From: Stegostoma tigrinum
Lineage: Eukaryota
Assembly (NCBI RefSeq): GCF_030684315.1
Contig: NC_081371.1
Coordinates: forward strand, 38,508,390 to 38,572,389
Reading direction: 5' to 3'
DNA length: 64,000 bases
Part shown: piece by piece, positions 60,868 through 64,000 of the stretch
How the letters are laid out: each line of letters opens with the position of its first letter
Numbering within the stretch: position 1 is the stretch's first letter
Notes under the pieces: generated by a model
What the model was told of the DNA's origin: nothing
The model's input: only the letters and a program-made list of their open reading frames with translations
Database searches by the model: none
Translations under genes and position numbers: made by a program

Positions 60868-62250
60868 ATAAGATATATGAGCAGAATTAGACCATTCAGC
60901 CCATCAGGTCGGCCTTGCCCTTCAGTCATGGCTGACATATTTCTCCTGCTTTGTCCCTGTAACCCATGATCCCGTCACTAATCAATGTCTTAATTTCTGT
61001 TTTCAATGACTTGGCCTCCATAGCCTCCTGCGGCAATGAGTTCCATAGATATGCCACCTTCTGGCTGAAGAAATTCCTCCTCATCTCAGTTCTAAAAGGT
61101 CGCCCCTTCACTGTGAGGCTTTGCCCTCAGGTCCTAGTCTTCTTCACATCCACTCTATACAGACATCTCATTGTTCTATAAGTTTCAATCAGATCCCTCC
61201 TCATCCTTCTAAACTCCATTTAGTACACACCTACAGTCCTCAACTGCTGCTCATATGACAAGCTCCTCATCACCAGGATCATTCCTATAAACAACCTCTG
61301 GACCCCCTTCAACTTCAACAGATCCTTAGATACAGAAACCAAAATTGCTCACAGTGTTCCAAATGAGAGCTGACCAGAGCCTAATACAGCCTCACCAGTA
61401 CATCCCTGTTATTGTACTCTAGACCCCTTGAAATGAATTTTAAATTGTATTTTCTTTCCTAACTGCCAACTAAACTTGCATGCTAACCTTAAGAGAACTC
61501 TGAACTAGAACTCCAAAGTCCTTTAGTGCTTCATATTCCTGAAGATTTCCTTGTTTAGAAAATTGTCTATGCCTCTATTCTCCCCACCAAAGTGCGAAAT
61601 CTCACTCTCTCCCATACTGTATTCCATTTGTCACTTCATTGCCAACTGTCCTAGCAACTAGTTGCCTCATCTTCCCCTTGGTATGTTTCTTCTTCCTTCG
61701 GATGAATTTCTGCTGTGTCTCCCAAATTATCTCCAGAAACTCCTTCCAATCAACTCTGACCAGCTGCTCCCTCATGCCTTTACAGTGATCTTTACTCAGT
61801 TTTAATACTGTTGCATCTGATTCCAGCTCCTCAAACTGTAGGATAAATTCTTTCATATTATGGTCACTGCCCCCTAGATGTTCCTTCACCTTTTGCTCCC
61901 TAATTGAGTCTGCTTCATCATCAAATCCAGACTTACCTCTTCTCTAGTGGGCTCTACCACAAGCTGTTGATATTCCATAAAGTCCTTTTCTTGAGATCCA
62001 CTACAAACCTGATTTTCCTAGACCATTTGCATATTGAAGTTCTCCACAATTATTGCAGTAGTGCCTTTCTTACATGCCTTTTCTATTTTCTTCCCCATAT
62101 CCTGAATACCCCTTAGGAGGCCTGTATATTAATCCCATCAGGGTCTTGTTTTCTTTGTGATTACTCAATTCTACACACCTGGATTCTACACCTTCTGACT
62201 CTATCACTTCTGGCTATTGACTTATTCTCATTTCTTACCATCAAAGCAAT
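60868..62250 (-). mobile_element. CR1-type LINE fragments
   Basis: RTEMRRNFFSQKVAYLWNSLPQEA; EHLGGSDHNM (endonuclease end). Confidence 0.8.
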
Positions 62251-63524
62251 CCCACCTTCACAGCCTAGTCCAGCCTAGGCCTAACTCAGCACCCTTGCAG
62301 CCCAGCTCAGTCCCCCGTTGCACAGCCAATGAACTTCATTATGCAGTCCAGCCCCACACTTCTAGCAGCAACACCACTCTTCAATTCACTATGACCAATG
62401 TGAAAGATCCATTCCCCAGACATTCTTATTACCCAGCCCTCTCAAACATTTCATGATCCTGTTAAAATTTGCTGTTTGCACTAACACCAGGGATACACTG
62501 AAAAGCTTGTTTCCTTTAATCGATTGGGTGCACTATTTTGTGACTTTTTTTTAAAAGATCAATAAAGATGCAGTTGGCAACTCTGGTTGAAAATACAGGA
62601 AAATGGGGGCCAATGAGGAAGGAAGAGTTCGTATCATAGATTTATGACCAGGTCTGCAAATGTAACAGCAAGTCATATCATTTGTGTAGCACCTTTAACA
62701 TAATAAAACATCCCAAGGCAGTTCACAGGAGTATTATTGAACAAAATCTGCCACTTAGCCATAAAGGAATTATAGTTCAGAACACTGAAAACTTGGGCAA
62801 ACAGCAAGGTTTTAAGAAGGAAAGCAATGAAGAGTGATATAAATGAAGGGAATTCCACAGCTCAGGGTGTAGGCAACTGAAAGTACCACCACCAATAATG
62901 GAATGTTTAAAATCAGGGATACTCAAGTCGGGAGACTTAAAAAAAGTACAGAGATACTGGATGATTGGTCAGCCAGAGGAAGTTGCAGAGATATGGAGGG
63001 GTGTGGACACAAGGGAATCTGCAAACATGGATAAGAATTTTAAAATCAAAATATTTGATACAAAAGGTTGTGAAGCCTGTAGTTCAGTGAACTCATTTCT
63101 GGTTTTGTACCAGCCAGCAGATGTTGTGGGAGAAGTTTCAACCAGGAAGCGATGCATGAGCAAGCGAGAGAAACTGGATGTAGGGCAATGGTTCACATAG
63201 CAAAATCTGAGATGAAAGTACTTTAATTTCATCAGTAATATTGATAACACAAAATTTCAATCATAGTCAGCAATAACACAATAACTTACTGTGTAACTTT
63301 AAGTGATGATTTCTTGACTGTTACATCCTGAAATTATCTTAGAATTCCCATGTACTACATTGTTCCTAAATCATTGGTGCTCCCATAATCTACTTTCTCC
63401 AAAACACTTTCATGATCCTTTTATATAGTTCCTTTATAAATAGTCTATAGCTTCATAGTTATCTGTTTTTCTCTCTCCACAGGCCAGCTGATTATTTCTT
63501 CCATTTTCTATTTATTTTTGCCAG

Positions 63525-63925
63525 TTGACAGCACTCTGCCTCTGACTCATAAGGTTCCAGATCAAGCACAAAAATCAAGGCTGACACTCCAGTGCAGCAA
63601 TGACGAAGATCAGTAAGAGATGCATCTTTCACATGAGAAGTTAAACCCAAGTCTTATTTGGCTGCTTGCTGGACGTACACCCTCTCAAATAATATTCTGA
63701 AAAAGAAAAGTGGTGTTAAACTGGTAACTAAGAGATTATTTATCCCTCAATCTCAATAAATGATAATTTGGTTACTATCACAATGCTGTTTCTGGACATT
63801 AGTTGAGCGTACATTTTCTGCAGTGACTCCCACATTATAACTAGTGACTACTGTTCAAATACTCTATCAGAAGTAAAGGTCTTTGAGACAGTTGGTGGCT
63901 ATGAAAATAACTTTAAATGCCAATC
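63525..63925 (+). mobile_element. DeuSINE (SacSINE1/AmnSINE-like)
   Basis: ggctgacactccagtgcag...tctttcacatgagaagttaaacc...atttatccctcaa resembles the recalled Deu-domain consensus. Confidence 0.65.
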
Positions 63926-64000
63926 TTTTATTTCATTTTCTAAATTTTAATGCACAGAGTTGAATCCAGGTGGGGTCCGAACAAGGCCCTAAACAAATCA

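Overview
Vertebrate genomic DNA, almost certainly an elasmobranch (shark), inferred from HE1-type V-SINEs, a DeuSINE and abundant CR1 and Penelope-like repeats. It holds two convergent spliced genes in the same arrangement as human 12q14. On + are the last 8 coding exons of GRIP1 (PDZ6-linker-PDZ7; 2101..27955) plus a probable cassette exon. On - is a complete 13-exon HELB gene (DNA helicase B, RecD2-like SF1B; 55093..29974; 1096 aa by my exon assembly). All GT-AG boundaries are phase-consistent. The most striking non-genic signal is a dense set of Penelope-like element (PLE) insertions from a young Neptune-type family, a Poseidon-type family and older families. Their terminal repeats carry minimal hammerhead ribozyme cores (CTGANGA..GAAACGTC). 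Several copies are non-coding fold-back mini-elements of about 230-290 bp with a 34-38 bp tail. At least nine insertions have 11-15 bp target-site duplications (TSDs), mostly 13-15 bp. Other notable items: a non-PLE 100-bp inverted duplication around a 1 kb segment, a CCAAT/GCGCGC minisatellite directly upstream of the HELB start codon, possibly overlapping GRIP1/HELB 3' UTRs, a candidate PDZ7-less GRIP1 terminal exon, and Val at the HELB position equivalent to human D506. Comparisons with human proteins and repeat-family names come from memory, not from database searches.
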